Origin: Octopus bimaculoides | Lineage: Eukaryota | Assembly: GCF_001194135.2 (NCBI RefSeq) | Contig: NC_068982.1 | Span: 115,571,512-115,635,511 of the forward strand | DNA length: 64,000 nucleotides | Reading direction: 5' to 3' | Part shown: in pieces, positions 50,050-62,950 of the stretch | How the letters are laid out: each line of letters starts with the position of its first letter | Position numbering within the stretch: position 1 is the stretch's first letter | Position numbers and translations under genes: made by a program | The notes under the pieces: model-generated | Told to the model about the DNA's origin: nothing | Seen by the model: the letters and a program-made list of their open reading frames with translations, nothing else | The model's database searches: none

Positions 50050-50283
50050 TCTTCCTTTTCAACTTTTTCAAGTTCCACTTGAAAAGGAAGATGAGAGTAG
50101 AGAGGGAAGTGCTGTCTCATAGCAAATTCGTTGAAAGATGGGTGACTGTTGGAAAAATGGCCAGTATAAACGGACCAATTCTGAGAATACACCTGTAGAA
50201 AAAAAAAAAAGGTAATGTAAAAGGAGAAAGGGCTCTATACCCCTTTCTTATTTTTTTCTGACCAGGCTCCCGTGGTTTTATGG
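50050..50283 (+). mobile_element. Tx1/L1-clade LINE 3' fragment, copy 3
   Basis: caactttttcaagttccacttgaaaaggaag...agagggaagtgctg matches copies 1 and 2. Confidence 0.65.
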
Positions 50284-51099
50284 NNNNNNNNNNNNNNNNN
50301 NNNNNNNNNNNNNNNNNNNNNNNNNNNNNNNNNNNNNNNNNNNNNNNNNNNNNNNNNNNNNNNNNNNNNNNNNNNNNNNNNNNNNNNNNNNNNNNNNNNN
50401 NNNNNNNNNNNNNNNNNNNNNNNNNNNNNNNNNNNNNNNNNNNNNNNNNNNNNNNNNNNNNNNNNNNNNNNNNNNNNNNNNNNNNNNNNNNNNNNNNNNN
50501 NNNNNNNNNNNNNNNNNNNNNNNNNNNNNNNNNNNNNNNNNNNNNNNNNNNNNNNNNNNNNNNNNNNNNNNNNNNNNNNNNNNNNNNNNNNNNNNNNNNN
50601 NNNNNNNNNNNNNNNNNNNNNNNNNNNNNNNNNNNNNNNNNNNNNNNNNNNNNNNNNNNNNNNNNNNNNNNNNNNNNNNNNNNNNNNNNNNNNNNNNNNN
50701 NNNNNNNNNNNNNNNNNNNNNNNNNNNNNNNNNNNNNNNNNNNNNNNNNNNNNNNNNNNNNNNNNNNNNNNNNNNNNNNNNNNNNNNNNNNNNNNNNNNN
50801 NNNNNNNNNNNNNNNNNNNNNNNNNNNNNNNNNNNNNNNNNNNNNNNNNNNNNNNNNNNNNNNNNNNNNNNNNNNNNNNNNNNNNNNNNNNNNNNNNNNN
50901 NNNNNNNNNNNNNNNNNNNNNNNNNNNNNNNNNNNNNNNNNNNNNNNNNNNNNNNNNNNNNNNNNNNNNNNNNNNNNNNNNNNNNNNNNNNNNNNNNNNN
51001 NNNNNNNNNNNNNNNNNNNNNNNNNNNNNNNNNNNNNNNNNNNNNNNNNNNNNNNNNNNNNNNNNNNNNNNNNNNNNNNNNNNNNNNNNNNNNNNNNNN

Positions 51100-51240
51100 G
51101 GTATTTCGTCTGCTGCTGCGTTCTGAGTTCAAATTTCGCCGAGGTCGACCTTGCCTTTCATCCTTTCGTGGTCGATGTAATCAGCAAGCGCCTTTCTCCA
51201 AAAAATTTTCAATGCCTTGTGCCTAGAGTAATAATAATAA
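51100..51240 (+). mobile_element. SINE, same family as 11035-11252
   Basis: ttctgagttcaaatttcgccgaggtcgaccttgcctttcatcctttcg...ttgtgcctagagta. Confidence 0.7.
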
Positions 51241-51357
51241 TAATAATGCCCCGAAGCTGTACCAGACAGTGGTTTTCATGGCTTCCCATCTTAACCGATT
51301 GGAAGTGTTATCATGTACATTGTTTTGTCGTTTGATGACTTGCTGTAACGTATTCCT

Positions 51358-51395
<38 letters not shown>

Positions 51396-51588
51396 TTTGG
51401 TGGTGTCAGTAACTGTAGTTGTAGGAGTGTCATTTTAATGCCACCCATACAGTAAAGCCTAGCCTTCAGCCACATCTTACAAATCTCACTCGTCTGATTC
51501 CTCTCTTCTAAGAATAGCTTTTATAGCTAAAAGAATGTAATGCTGTCGACATTGTTGACTATGAAGTAAACAAACGTACACATTCTTG

Positions 51589-51642
<54 letters not shown>

Positions 51643-52083
51643 CACACCGGGGAGTGAGAGACATATTTTCTCATAAATGTGCGTATATATGTGTGTGCGC
51701 GCTTGTGTGTGTGTGTGTCTGTTAAACAAAACAAAGAGTTAATAACTCGGAGTGACAAGTCACATGTATATGAACAATATAGACAAATACAGGTATGTCA
51801 AATACCACACAACATAAATTCTTGATTTATTGAAATTATCTCCGTCTCCAAGAAATGTGTTACACTTGCCACATGAGAAGGGAAGATAACCTCAATTATT
51901 CATGAAAGGTGACATGCCATTAAAGGAAATGACAGACTTATTGTCTGACGATAAGAGGACAATGGTGGACACTTGTTTCTATCTGAACAGGCACCATCAG
52001 TACGACAATTGTCCCAACTTGTCTCCTGTAGTCAAGGAACATAGAAATATACAAAAGAAGTAGAATATATTTATGATCTAGGC

Positions 52084-52313
52084 CAGGGTTTTCATACTTT
52101 ATGACTTGCGGACCCCTTTATATTTCAGGCTTTACCTTAGGGACCCCCTTATAAACACTTATGAAATTTATACATAAATATTTGCTTAAAATAACATATA
52201 TTTTTACATTTATTTATTTAACAGCATTTAACAAATAGGTTCATTGTCAATTAAAAGATTTCGATTAAAAAACATATAAAATCAAATTGCGGACCACAGT
52301 TTGAAAACCCCTG
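52084..52313. mobile_element. hAT-Charlie MITE
   Basis: TIRs cagggttttcatact / agtttgaaaacccctg; perfect 8-bp TSD ATCTAGGC. Confidence 0.9.
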
Positions 52314-52956
52314 ATCTAGGCAATTGGCATAAGTTAAGCAAAAATGAACTAAGAGAAATCACAAGAGAAATAAGAATGGTGAGTGGTGAATGGTATGTAA
52401 ATGAACAACATAGACAAATACATGTATATCAAATACGATATAACAAATTCTTGATTTAGTAAAATTTTCACCACCGCTAAGTGTATGTGTCACAGCTACC
52501 AAAAGGCAATTGAGAACAGCTCCATATGAGGAGAGATAACACCAAGAATAAAGAATTCTCCAAAGTACAGGCAACATTTAGGAAAAAAGACATCCTTATT
52601 GCCTGGAGGAAAGAAGACAAACGTGGTCATGATATGTAGCCACACACATATTTTCAATTACGCACATAAACACATGCATACACACACGCATACATAACAT
52701 ATACACGCACATATATGTTTTACTGTACAGCAGAATTACTCTACAGGTTTCAGCCAATACTGCATATGTAAATTAAAGCTGTCAGTCTTACGATCTCATT
52801 GTGGATAGAAAAAGAGGGATCACCTGGACCCCTTTCAGTCTTTGGCGATATTATAAATAATGAAATTCGACAAAAAGGCAATTAAGTGCTGGCTGAAATC
52901 TGTGGGTTACTCTGTTGAACATTATGGCCTCAATATTGAAAACTGCTAACACATAA

Positions 52957-53290
52957 GATGTGGCCGTGTGGTTAAAAAGCTTTCTTCCCAACCATGTGGT
53001 CCTGGGTTTAGTCCCACTGCAGGGCACATTGGGCATCTTCTACTATAGTCGTGCCGAGCAAAGCCTTCTGAGTGGATTTGGTATGTGTGTATATGTGCTT
53101 GTGTTGTATTTGGCCCCACACCATTGCATGACAACCGGTGTTGATTTGTTTTGTGTCCTCGTACATTAGCTGTTCGACAAAACAAACCGACAGAAAAGTC
53201 ATACTTGAAAAAAAGTACTAGTGTCAATTTATTCAACTAAACTCTTCAATGCAGTGTCATAGCATGGCTACAGTCCAAAGCAAATGAAAG
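52957..53290 (+). mobile_element. tRNA-derived SINE (family A head plus family B 3' module)
   Basis: gtgtggttaaaaagctttcttcccaacc...tagtcccactgc...acattagctgttcgacaaaac...agcatggctacagtcc. Confidence 0.7.
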
Positions 53291-56200
53291 ATACTACATC
53301 TGTCTGTCTATTTATCTACTTATTCCATTTAAACAGAACAAGAGGAGACACGTGGGATAGGGCATCATTGATGAGGTCACAGGATGTGTGGCGAAAGAAC
53401 TTCGATAAAGAAACTAAAATAATAATAAAAATAAAGTTGAAATGAAAGCCAAGTATATAGTGCGTGTGTTTAATTGACAAAATATGACCATCTCCGAATA
53501 TAACAAGAAAGCTCCACCGAGTGCAGCATAAAGTGATGGATTTTAGAGAAATGTAAAGGGTACTTCAATAGTAGCAGGAAGTGTAGATTATGTCTGGCTA
53601 ACAAAAGAGCGATATTAAAGAGTTCTCAGCTCCCAGGCGTCTACGTGAATAGCAGATGTGAAAATTATAATCCTTGCTTACATGGAAGGAAGTACCCCAT
53701 CCTGACAATAATTCCCAATCCCTTAACTTCGACCCTCTCTCCACTAATACAGTTTTTTTTCAGAATCATAATCTCCGTATTTTTTTACGCATTTAAAAAA
53801 AAAAGAAAAAAAAAATTTCCGGNNNNNNNNNNNNNNNNNNNNNNNNNNNNNNNNNNNNNNNNNNNNNNNNNNNNNNNNNNNNNNNNNNNNNNNNNNNNNN
53901 NNNNNNNNNNNNNNNNNNNNNNNNNNNNNNNNNNNNNNNNNNNNNNNNNNNNNNNNNNNNNNNNNNNNNNNNNNNNNNNNNNNNNNNNNNNNNNNNNNNN
54001 NNNNNNNNNNNNNNNNNNNNNNNNNNNNNNNNNNNNNNNNNNGTTCAGATTACATATTGTCCATCTGGACCCATGGTATTTTATAACGGAGAATAAATCG
54101 TCGCTTACCAGTTCATTTCATCTCAAGTTATACATATTCATTTCCACATACATCTTTCTCACTCACCTCATCTTCGTTACATATGTATACAGTAAAAGAT
54201 GAAATTCGAACTCGGAATATTTATTTCTAAACTGAGGATATTATTTGTTTATATAATCATCTGGCAATTTTGTCCTGATACATAGCTGACTTAATTACAA
54301 ACTTTCGATCAGCATGTGTTGACAGTGGTCTTTCCAACCGTCACTTGCAACTCGAGTCTATTCATTTCTTCCACATTCTTTTGTTTACGCACATTACAGT
54401 ATCTACTCGCTGTCAGCTTTAAACAGATGACACTATCTTTCACGCCTTCCTTAAGGTCTGCACACAGGACTCGCCCACACGCTTATTAAACACATCCCAC
54501 TCGATACATACACACACACACCCTCAAAATAGCCGTGACCTCAAGAATATCATGTAGGGGACATCGGCAATTCAGCATCCTTTGACAGCACCATACGGTA
54601 CAACTAAATAAACATTATAACCCCCACTTTTCACTTACATTTTACACCTACCTCCTCTCTTCTCGTCATAACAATGTTTCGTACTAAATACTTTCCGCAA
54701 TCCCCCCCGTTTCAGAACTAAACTGTTTGTAACTCCCTCAATGCTTATATTTTCTCCTTCAAGCTAAACAATAAGCACACAGACACACACACATACACAC
54801 ACGCACATAGCACACATATTTTTACAACTGCAATACCAATACATCATGGGTTATGAATAAATATGTATACAGAATCACATACCACATGTTTAATAAATTA
54901 TATAACTAGTTCGCTGGGAAATTAGCCCCAGTAGTTAAACCACAGGGCTTCGGCTACTTAGAGCGCAGATCGAACCGATTATTTTATTCTTTCATTATAT
55001 ATTCGCCGGGAACCATTTCTGTCATCTAAGTTATCGAAGTAAGCAGATCATGACAAACAAAATTTAAATAATGATAGCAGGATCACAGCCGGACGTCAAT
55101 AACTGTAGCATCAGTAGAGACTATAATTAAATCTAGTCTTTTTCAATGATTCTTTAGGGTGTCTAACGGTTATATGTAGTTGTTTATTGATGTGTCGTAC
55201 TTGGGACAGATTAAAATTCACCTCACAGAAGTCACTAAGTGTGAAATGTTTATGGTTCGAAGAAGTACTCAGAATAAATGACAGAAGAAAGATAATAGTT
55301 GAAATGGCCTTTATTTTACCGTTACGATATAAAAGACAACTGTTTTGAGTTGTTGAGTAAAGATTAGTTGAATTTCTGTTGTCCATTTCGTTAGTAGTTG
55401 TGTTCATCTGTGTGACTGCTAGAAGACGGGTGGAAGAAAGAAAGAAAGAGTAAGAGAATTTACCTTTCCGGGTTGACGAGTAGAGAGGGTGAAAGTTGAA
55501 TATTCCCTTGATGACATTTCATGCGTAATTGCTCCTTCGGCCAGACGCCAGGCGAAAGAGGATGCTTCTCGGAGAGGTGCCGAGTAGAAGAGGGAGTATT
55601 GAATTTGGGCTCTGTATTTGTATTATCTTCCTACTCAAATTTCGTCAGGCTAAACAAGATTTCTCGACTGTTAACTGGTCTGAACTAAGATTGATACGCG
55701 ATTGTCATATAATATTTATATAACTGTATATATATATATGTGAAATACTCAGCTACTAACAACTGATGCGCTGCATGAATTTTGCGTACACTAACAGATT
55801 TCCACATGTATATCCAGTAAAAGAAGTATTCATGCTGTATGATAGCATATGGTAGCCGATAACCTTAGAGGGGCTTTGAAATTCGCGTCGTAGTATACCA
55901 CACGAATACATCATACATACATACATACATACGTAGATTTCTAATGAAGCAATAAGCAGAAAAGAGAAGCCGCCATAAGAAAACTTACGTTAAAAATAAC
56001 ATGCACACGATTTTTTTTTCTCAATAGAAATAAATTACAAAGTAAACGTTTCTAGTAGAAAAGTAGAAGAGAACAGAAGCAGCGTATTACTTCATTAGAA
56101 ATCTACGGATGCACATACGCACATAATAGAGAAAAATGAAACAATTATGGACGACTTGCTCCGAAACCCCACCGAGTGGGGAACACTTCTCAAAAATAAC

Positions 56201-56526
56201 CTGCTGTTGTTTCCTTCAAAATTCCTACATGCTCGAAATGTACATACATCAAGGTATATTTGTAGAAAATTTCACGAAAAAATATTCATTTTCCTGGAAG
56301 TTAAGAGGAATTTAAGTGGACTCTTTTGGAATTTCCGAAAGTTGTCCCCTGCCCNNNNNNNNNNACATGGGAAACTGTTTTCTTCCCTTCGTATACTATA
56401 GTAATGTCAACATTCTACAATGTCGCCAGCTTAACTTGACGATTTCGCATTTCGTTTTTAATAAACAGTTATTGCTGTTGCTGCTGTCGTTATTGATATT
56501 GTTATTGTTGTTGCTGTTGTTGTTGC

Positions 56527-56887
56527 TGTAGTAACGCCGTGCGCATGCGTAGTCTCACGCATGCGTGGAATTAAACAGCCAAGCGTTCCCGCTTAATTCT
56601 ATCTCTTTTACGGTCGGCCGACCATGAGCATGGACGTGTTAAGCTGTCTCTCTACATCATTCGGACTTACACTCGACAGCTCGCTTGCAACTACATACCC
56701 ACGTTCCAACAACTATGCTCACACACAACAGAAGCTGTAACAACAAGAACTAAAGATGTATATATTTACCACCTAAATAAAGTGTTGTTTAAGTTGATAG
56801 TCTGGAGTTCAGCGTTCCGTTATATTCTTTCATTTTATATAGGAGAGTCAGGTATACATCTAATGATGTATAACCAACTTTCCTATA
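56527..56887 (+). mobile_element. solo LTR, copy 2
   Basis: TGTAG...CTATA ends, 4-bp TSD TTGC, inserted in a (TTG/CTG)n tract. Confidence 0.85.
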
Positions 56888-59661
56888 TTGCTGTTGCTGT
56901 TGTTACAGTTATTGTTGGTGTTAGTGACGTTGCTGTTACTGTTGTTGTTGTTGTTGTTGTGGCTCTTATTGTTACCTATAGTTTATTTTATTGACATTGT
57001 CTATGTTGCTTCTGTTTTCTTTTATTGCTGAAAGTCCTATCGTTTGATTTAGCAACAGCAGCAGCAGCAGTGGTAGTAGTAGTAGTAGTTGTTGTTGTCG
57101 CTGTTGTTTACAGTTTTGCAAGTTCAGAAGAGCTAAATCCGTCGTCTTGGAAACGTACGTGTCAGAGAATGTGGTGTATTGCGAATTAGCTCAATGAACA
57201 TTCTTTAGATGCAGGCTAGATGTTCGTGCGCACAACAACTGTTCTATCCTAGATATGTGAGAAATGTTCAAATGTCGCGGATTGAAATTGTTTTTTTAAA
57301 AGTTTAGCTAGTGTTCAGAGCTAAAGTATTTTCTGGAATTTGAATGCTTAACGTACTAGAAATTGCAGACAAATTGCCCTCAAATTTTACCTTATCGTCT
57401 TGTCGAAAGAAAGGACACTTAGAATGAATGATATAATCCTACTCACCCCTAAAAAGACAGGATGGTTATGGCTGGGTTGCCTTTGAACATAAGTCTACTC
57501 ACCCAGGGTTACTTATGGTTTAACAAATACAAAAGTAGCTACAACAAAATCAGATCTTATATAAGTAATTGAATTTCCCTCAACTTTCAATTTATGGAAC
57601 ATAGGATCGAATACAAGAACATGTTAGCAAAGAGCTTGGGTACCATTAACATCTTTAAGTTTATGATACACAGCATCAAGCATAAGATTTTATTAGAAAG
57701 CAGATTGTGTGTCGTCAAAATCGCTTTCAGATTATGGGACACAAAACAAAATACAACATTCAGTAAACATTGTTTTAGTGATACTCAAAGACTGGTTGAA
57801 TTGCCTTTATAAGTTTTACCTCTAAGAATTCCTTAGATTTTAAATTATCCTCTACACACGCCTCTTCATAAGGAAATACCCAGCACTCTCTAATATTTCT
57901 CTCTTTCTCTCCCCTTCTCTCTCTTGCTGTTCATGTCGGCGATTGTATCCTGAATACTTTTTTTATAGTTTCAGTTAGATATTATATTTTGTAAACAATC
58001 TTATTTTGTACTAAAGTGAACATAAGAACAACAAAAACACATTTTGCTAACTAGATAAAGTATTGTATGAACGAAAGTGTAGGAGATAGAATTATAATAG
58101 TTACTAGTGTACGTTACAATAAACCACTGGTTTAAGACAGCACGTGCGCGCGCGTATATGCGTGTATGTATCTGTGTGCGTGTGTATGTATGCACACATA
58201 CATACACACATGTACATACATACATTCATACATACATGTATTTGTGTGTGTATATAAATGTGTGTGCGTGAATATGTTTGTGTGTGTGTGCGAGCCAGTG
58301 TGTATCTAGTGCATTACACTATTTCATTGGTTTAACAGATACCGTATGAGTGCACTTCTGTGCGTATGGGCATATATTTGTGTGTGTATGCGTTTGTGTG
58401 GTATATGTGTGCATATTTTACGCACATGCAATCAGATATATATGTTTGTGTATATGTGTGGCCATGGCCAAGAAACTTAACTGCCGACAAGTTGGTATAT
58501 AGTTCGCCACTGTTGACAGGTTTGTTAGCTCACAGTGTTGAAATGAATTCTGTTGTGGTCTTGAAGAAGTCAATGGTAAACTAGTGCAGTGTATTCCTTC
58601 TCCATTCAGTCTCTATAAACATCTAACTATACAAAATGATGTTACATTAACCACAAGTAGTGCATATCTGGTATCTAAATCTAAAGTAGTCTGTTGGTAA
58701 ACTGTATTACGGTGGATCGAACTTTAGCATTTTCCCTCTCTACCATGACGGATATCTATTTATTTATTGATTTAGTGACATTATTAGCTGACTCTGTGTG
58801 TATGTATGTGTTTACATCTTCCAAAATGGCGGTCGATACGAATCATTGTAAAAGACGTTAAGTCCTGTGGGAGAAAGTATGATATTCAGTTGTTGCTAAG
58901 ATTGTTAGCAACACAGACTAGAGATGTGAGTGGTCCATCAAACGAGACCTGTATGGGTTTTGTAAGGCTGTATAAGGGGATGGTAGATTTGTTTTTATTT
59001 TTTGCTCGGAATTTTTGTTGTTCGTTTCTCCGGTTGTAAGATATTACACCACATTTTCACGCAAATATTCAGGAATTTCCCTCTGGGAAGAGCCATTTTA
59101 ATAATCCAAAAATATGGAAAAACAGTGAAATTTCTTCCCTAAGTTTTCGTCGCATTATCGACTCGGTTCCACACCTCAAAAACTAAAGGAAAAACAAATT
59201 TAAATGTTTTTATGAGTTTTAGATGGCTAATATGGCTCCTCCATGATCAAGACACTTGCTAGCCAAGGGCAACTTCGAAATATAAGACTTTTTAATTCTT
59301 TATGGCACTTAACTATTATATTTAATATGCTGTGTTATTCAAATATTTAGTTAGGCTATCTATGGATACTCTTACCAGGTTGCTCAGAAGGAAAACATGA
59401 TTTTTCTATTTTGAATCCGTTTGTCTCCATTTAATGTTGAAGCCATGGGTATCCTTATTGTTTTCTTGCAAATGCATTCTGAAATTACAGAGCTAAATTT
59501 AGATTTATCTAATGGGAACTTCAACTCCATGTTAGTAGCTTCAAAGTAAAGAAATATACTGATCTTCTTAAAGGGTAAGCTGGTGGGAAAAATTCTTTTC
59601 ATGCCAAAATATTTATGTTATTTGCCATAAAATCTAGGAACGGGGGAATGAAAAATTATTC

Positions 59662-60294
59662 GGATCTATTTTAAAACGGGGCCGCCAGTATTTTCTCAAC
59701 GAAACACTAACGAAACACGTTGAAACTTGGGACACTGGTAGAATGTGTCATATAAAACATCTCTTACTCTTAGTCTTCTTAACAAAAAAAAGGAATTCGC
59801 AAGTTATTCCATGTTAAAGTTGTCGTATTTCTGTAATTTCAACCAATCACTGACGTTTATTCAGCTCAATAGAGTTACTGCTGGGCGGTCATAAAAATGT
59901 TATTCCCTGTGACATATTTCATCCGGTTTAATCGTAATTTATACGCATATATTGTTTATATAATAAATTACGCTGTGCGTATCTATGTGTGTAACAATTT
60001 TAGAGTTCGGATTCTAGAGTTAGGGTTAGGGTTAGGGTTACAGTTAACAGTCTAGTTAGGGTTAGGGGATTAATACGATATACACCGTTACAGCTACAAC
60101 TGAATAGACGTCAGTGATTAGTAGAAATTATCGAAATAAGACAATTTTTTACATGAAATAAATTCGAATACAAAAATATTTTTCTGTTCTATAACACAAA
60201 ATAGATAAGTATACGAAGTTTGAAAGTCTTTCCGTACCAAAAACACTACATAAAACATAAATGAAAACTGGCGCCCCCGTTTTAAAATAGATCC
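59662..60294. mobile_element. non-autonomous DNA transposon (Merlin-like MITE)
   Basis: 28-bp TIRs ggatctattttaaaacggggccgccagt (1 mismatch) and 8-bp TSD AATTATTC; superfamily inferred from GG ends plus 8-bp TSD. Confidence 0.8.
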
Positions 60295-61349
60295 AATTAT
60301 TCTTAATTTTAGGGCTATTACTTCTTGTGTGTTTACAATCCTGCTCTGATTTCCATCTCGTCGTTGCGAAGCATTTTTCTATAATCTGATGCAATAAAAT
60401 TTCAAGCGGAGCTTATGTACTTCGGGGGAGGTTTTAGAACCGATATTACGCCTTCATCTAGTGGTACTCCACCGTATATTCTCCCACATTCTTTGAACTC
60501 ATCTGTTATATCTTCCGTTGACTGTTGCAGTGTGTAGGTGGTTTCGTTGTCGTTTTACATAATGAATCATATTGTTTTGAAAAAGTCTCTTGATTGTGTA
60601 GAATGAATATTCACATTTCCCTACACACCACCCACCACATCACTATACCAAACCAATATACCCTCCTCCACCGTCACCTCCAACAACAGCTGTTGACGAT
60701 GTCAACAACAAAAATAATATCAATAATGACGGCGTCGTCGACTTCAAGGCCAGTGTTTATTTTGTTTCTACCGGAAACTTTACATTGTTTTGCCAAAATG
60801 TCTCAAAAGATGCCCTTTCTGACTTTATCACCTCCCCTTTCTCTCTCTTCTTCTCCTTCCCTCTCGCCCTCTTCACACACACATGTGGGTATATATAAAT
60901 ATATGTCTGTCGGCTATAACAAACAACCTTCTAAGTATATACATAAGTATATATATGTATATATGTTATGTATATGTATATACAAATCTGTGGGCATGCG
61001 TGTGTGTGTGTGCATATGTATACATGACATAGTTTCGGCTTCAGTCCCACTGCATGGTACCTTAATATATCATATATATAACAAAAATTTAAATTTTGGA
61101 CATAGAGTTACTAAAAGTTTCGTATCCACAAGGCCAAAGCCTTGTGGACAGTTCGTCAGACTCTATACAAAGGCAAAAATATAAACTCTCTACGTCTCCT
61201 TCAGTTGTTTTTATTAATGGTGTTGAAACGGCTGTAATTTATGAAATGTGTCATTTGTTTGTGTAAAATAATATAATTGAATTGAATTTATCATTTAATG
61301 ATTAAATGATTTAATTATTCAATTTGTTATTTTGTTTCCATTTCTAATT

Positions 61350-61381
<32 letters not shown>

Positions 61382-61978
61382 CATGTATGTATGTATCAGA
61401 CGGGACTTTGATGACTGCCATGAGGCAAGAAAGTATACTAGTCCTTATATATTTTATACTCTATATTCAATAGTCAATATTTCATATATTCAATAAGACA
61501 TTCAATACTTCATTTCATTTTACTATTTATATTATATATTCCATATTCTATATCCCACATTAATTTTATAAGAATATAAATAAAACATAAAAAACAGAGC
61601 TGGAACTCTTTTAAATAATATATTCCTCTATACACGATCATACAAAACCCTTTTTTATATTTTATATTTTTATTTTTATTCATATATATGACAAATGAAA
61701 GACGGAAGATGGAATATACGAGAATTTATTATTAATCACGACAATTGTTTCGACACATCTAGCANNNNNNNNNNNNNNNNNNNNNNNNNNNNNNNNNNNN
61801 NNNNNNNNNNNNNNNNNNNNNNNNNNNNNNNNNNNNNNNNNNNNNNNNNNNNNNNNNNNNNNNNNNNNNNNNNNNNNNNNNNNNNNNNNNNNNNNNNNNN
61901 NNNNNNNNNNNNNNNNNNNNNNNNNNNNNNNNNNNNNNNNNNNNNNNNNNNNNNNNNNNNNNNNNNNNNNNNNNNNNA

Positions 61979-62848
61979 CAGGGTGATTTAGAGAAGACGA
62001 ACGTTTTTGAAATGGCTATTACTCAGCCCAGGGAGAGGGACATATGTTCGACAGGTACCATTGGTCATTGGGCAACAGTTGATACCATGAGACTATGCAC
62101 ATCAGATGGAAGCAATTTTTGAGGCAAACGACAACCTCATTTTGTTAATGAGAGTCAATGGCATGGTGAATCAACAGAACTGTCGTTATTGGGCTCTTGA
62201 AAATCCGAGAGAACTGCAGGAAAGACCACTGCACAGCTGAAAAGTGAAGCTCTGGTGTGTAGTTGGAAAAGCTGCCGTCATTGGTCCTTACTTTTTTAAA
62301 GACAATGACGGAAATGCTGTTACTGTGAACTCCGAGCGTTACATCGAGATGATAAACAATTTCTTTGTACCTGAATTACGACGGAAACATATGCTTCTTC
62401 GTCGTGAGTGGTTTCAGCAGGGTGGGGTAACGGCTCACACAGCCAGAGCATCAATGGACGTTCTTCGCCCTCTCTTTGGTGACCGCCTCATTTCCAGGTT
62501 TGCTGACATTTCTTGGCTTCCTCGGTCCCCTGATTTGTCCATGTGTGATTATTTCTTGTGGGGAAACCTCAAGGCACGCGTGTATGCGCATAAGCAACGT
62601 ACACTGGACGACTTGAAATCGCCCAAATCAACAGAGCAATGCTGAAGAGAGCAGAGGACAACTTCCAAGCACGCCTTCAGAAATGCATCAATGGAAACGA
62701 ACATAACACAATGAGTGTTGTCTTCTACACTTAATTTTGACAAATGTTAATTCAATACGAAAACATTGATGTCAGTTAAGTTTGTTTGCAGCTAAGATTA
62801 ATGATTTTGTGAATTTTTCAAAACGTCCGTCCTCGATTCCCCACTTTG
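61979..62848 (+). mobile_element. Tc1/mariner DD41D (rosa) element, internally deleted
   Basis: WFQQ[G]GVTAH...WLPRSPDLSMCDYFLWG with 41 residues between the catalytic positions; 5' TIR cagggtgattt, degraded 3' TIR before TA. Confidence 0.85.
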
Positions 62849-62897
62849 TAAAACCAGAGATACCTACAAATAAACCTGTATATATACTTACGCACAC

Positions 62898-62901
<4 letters not shown>

Positions 62902-62948
<47 letters not shown>
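62902..62948. repeat. (GA)n microsatellite
   Basis: Direct reading. Confidence 0.9.

Positions 62949-62950
<2 letters not shown>

Noticed and set aside
53360-53410. Second hammerhead-like string TTGATGA-G-GTCACA/TGTGGC-GAAA
   Set aside because: The first core base is not C, and neither stem I nor stem III can be paired around a cleavage triplet.
57111-57170. 60-nt exon-like unit (tacag...GTG|gtgtat)
   Set aside because: No recognisable protein similarity and no neighbouring exons to link it to.
58821-58870. YY1-like ccaaaatggcgg with ATG (MAVDTNHCKRR-stop)
   Set aside because: 11-codon frame, only weak donors, and no compatible downstream exon found.
59370-59580. Exon-like units on both strands (minus: ttcag...CTG|gtaaga; plus: tacag...AGG|gtaagc)
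   Set aside because: All three frames contain stops; could be UTR or lncRNA exons but cannot be supported without expression data.
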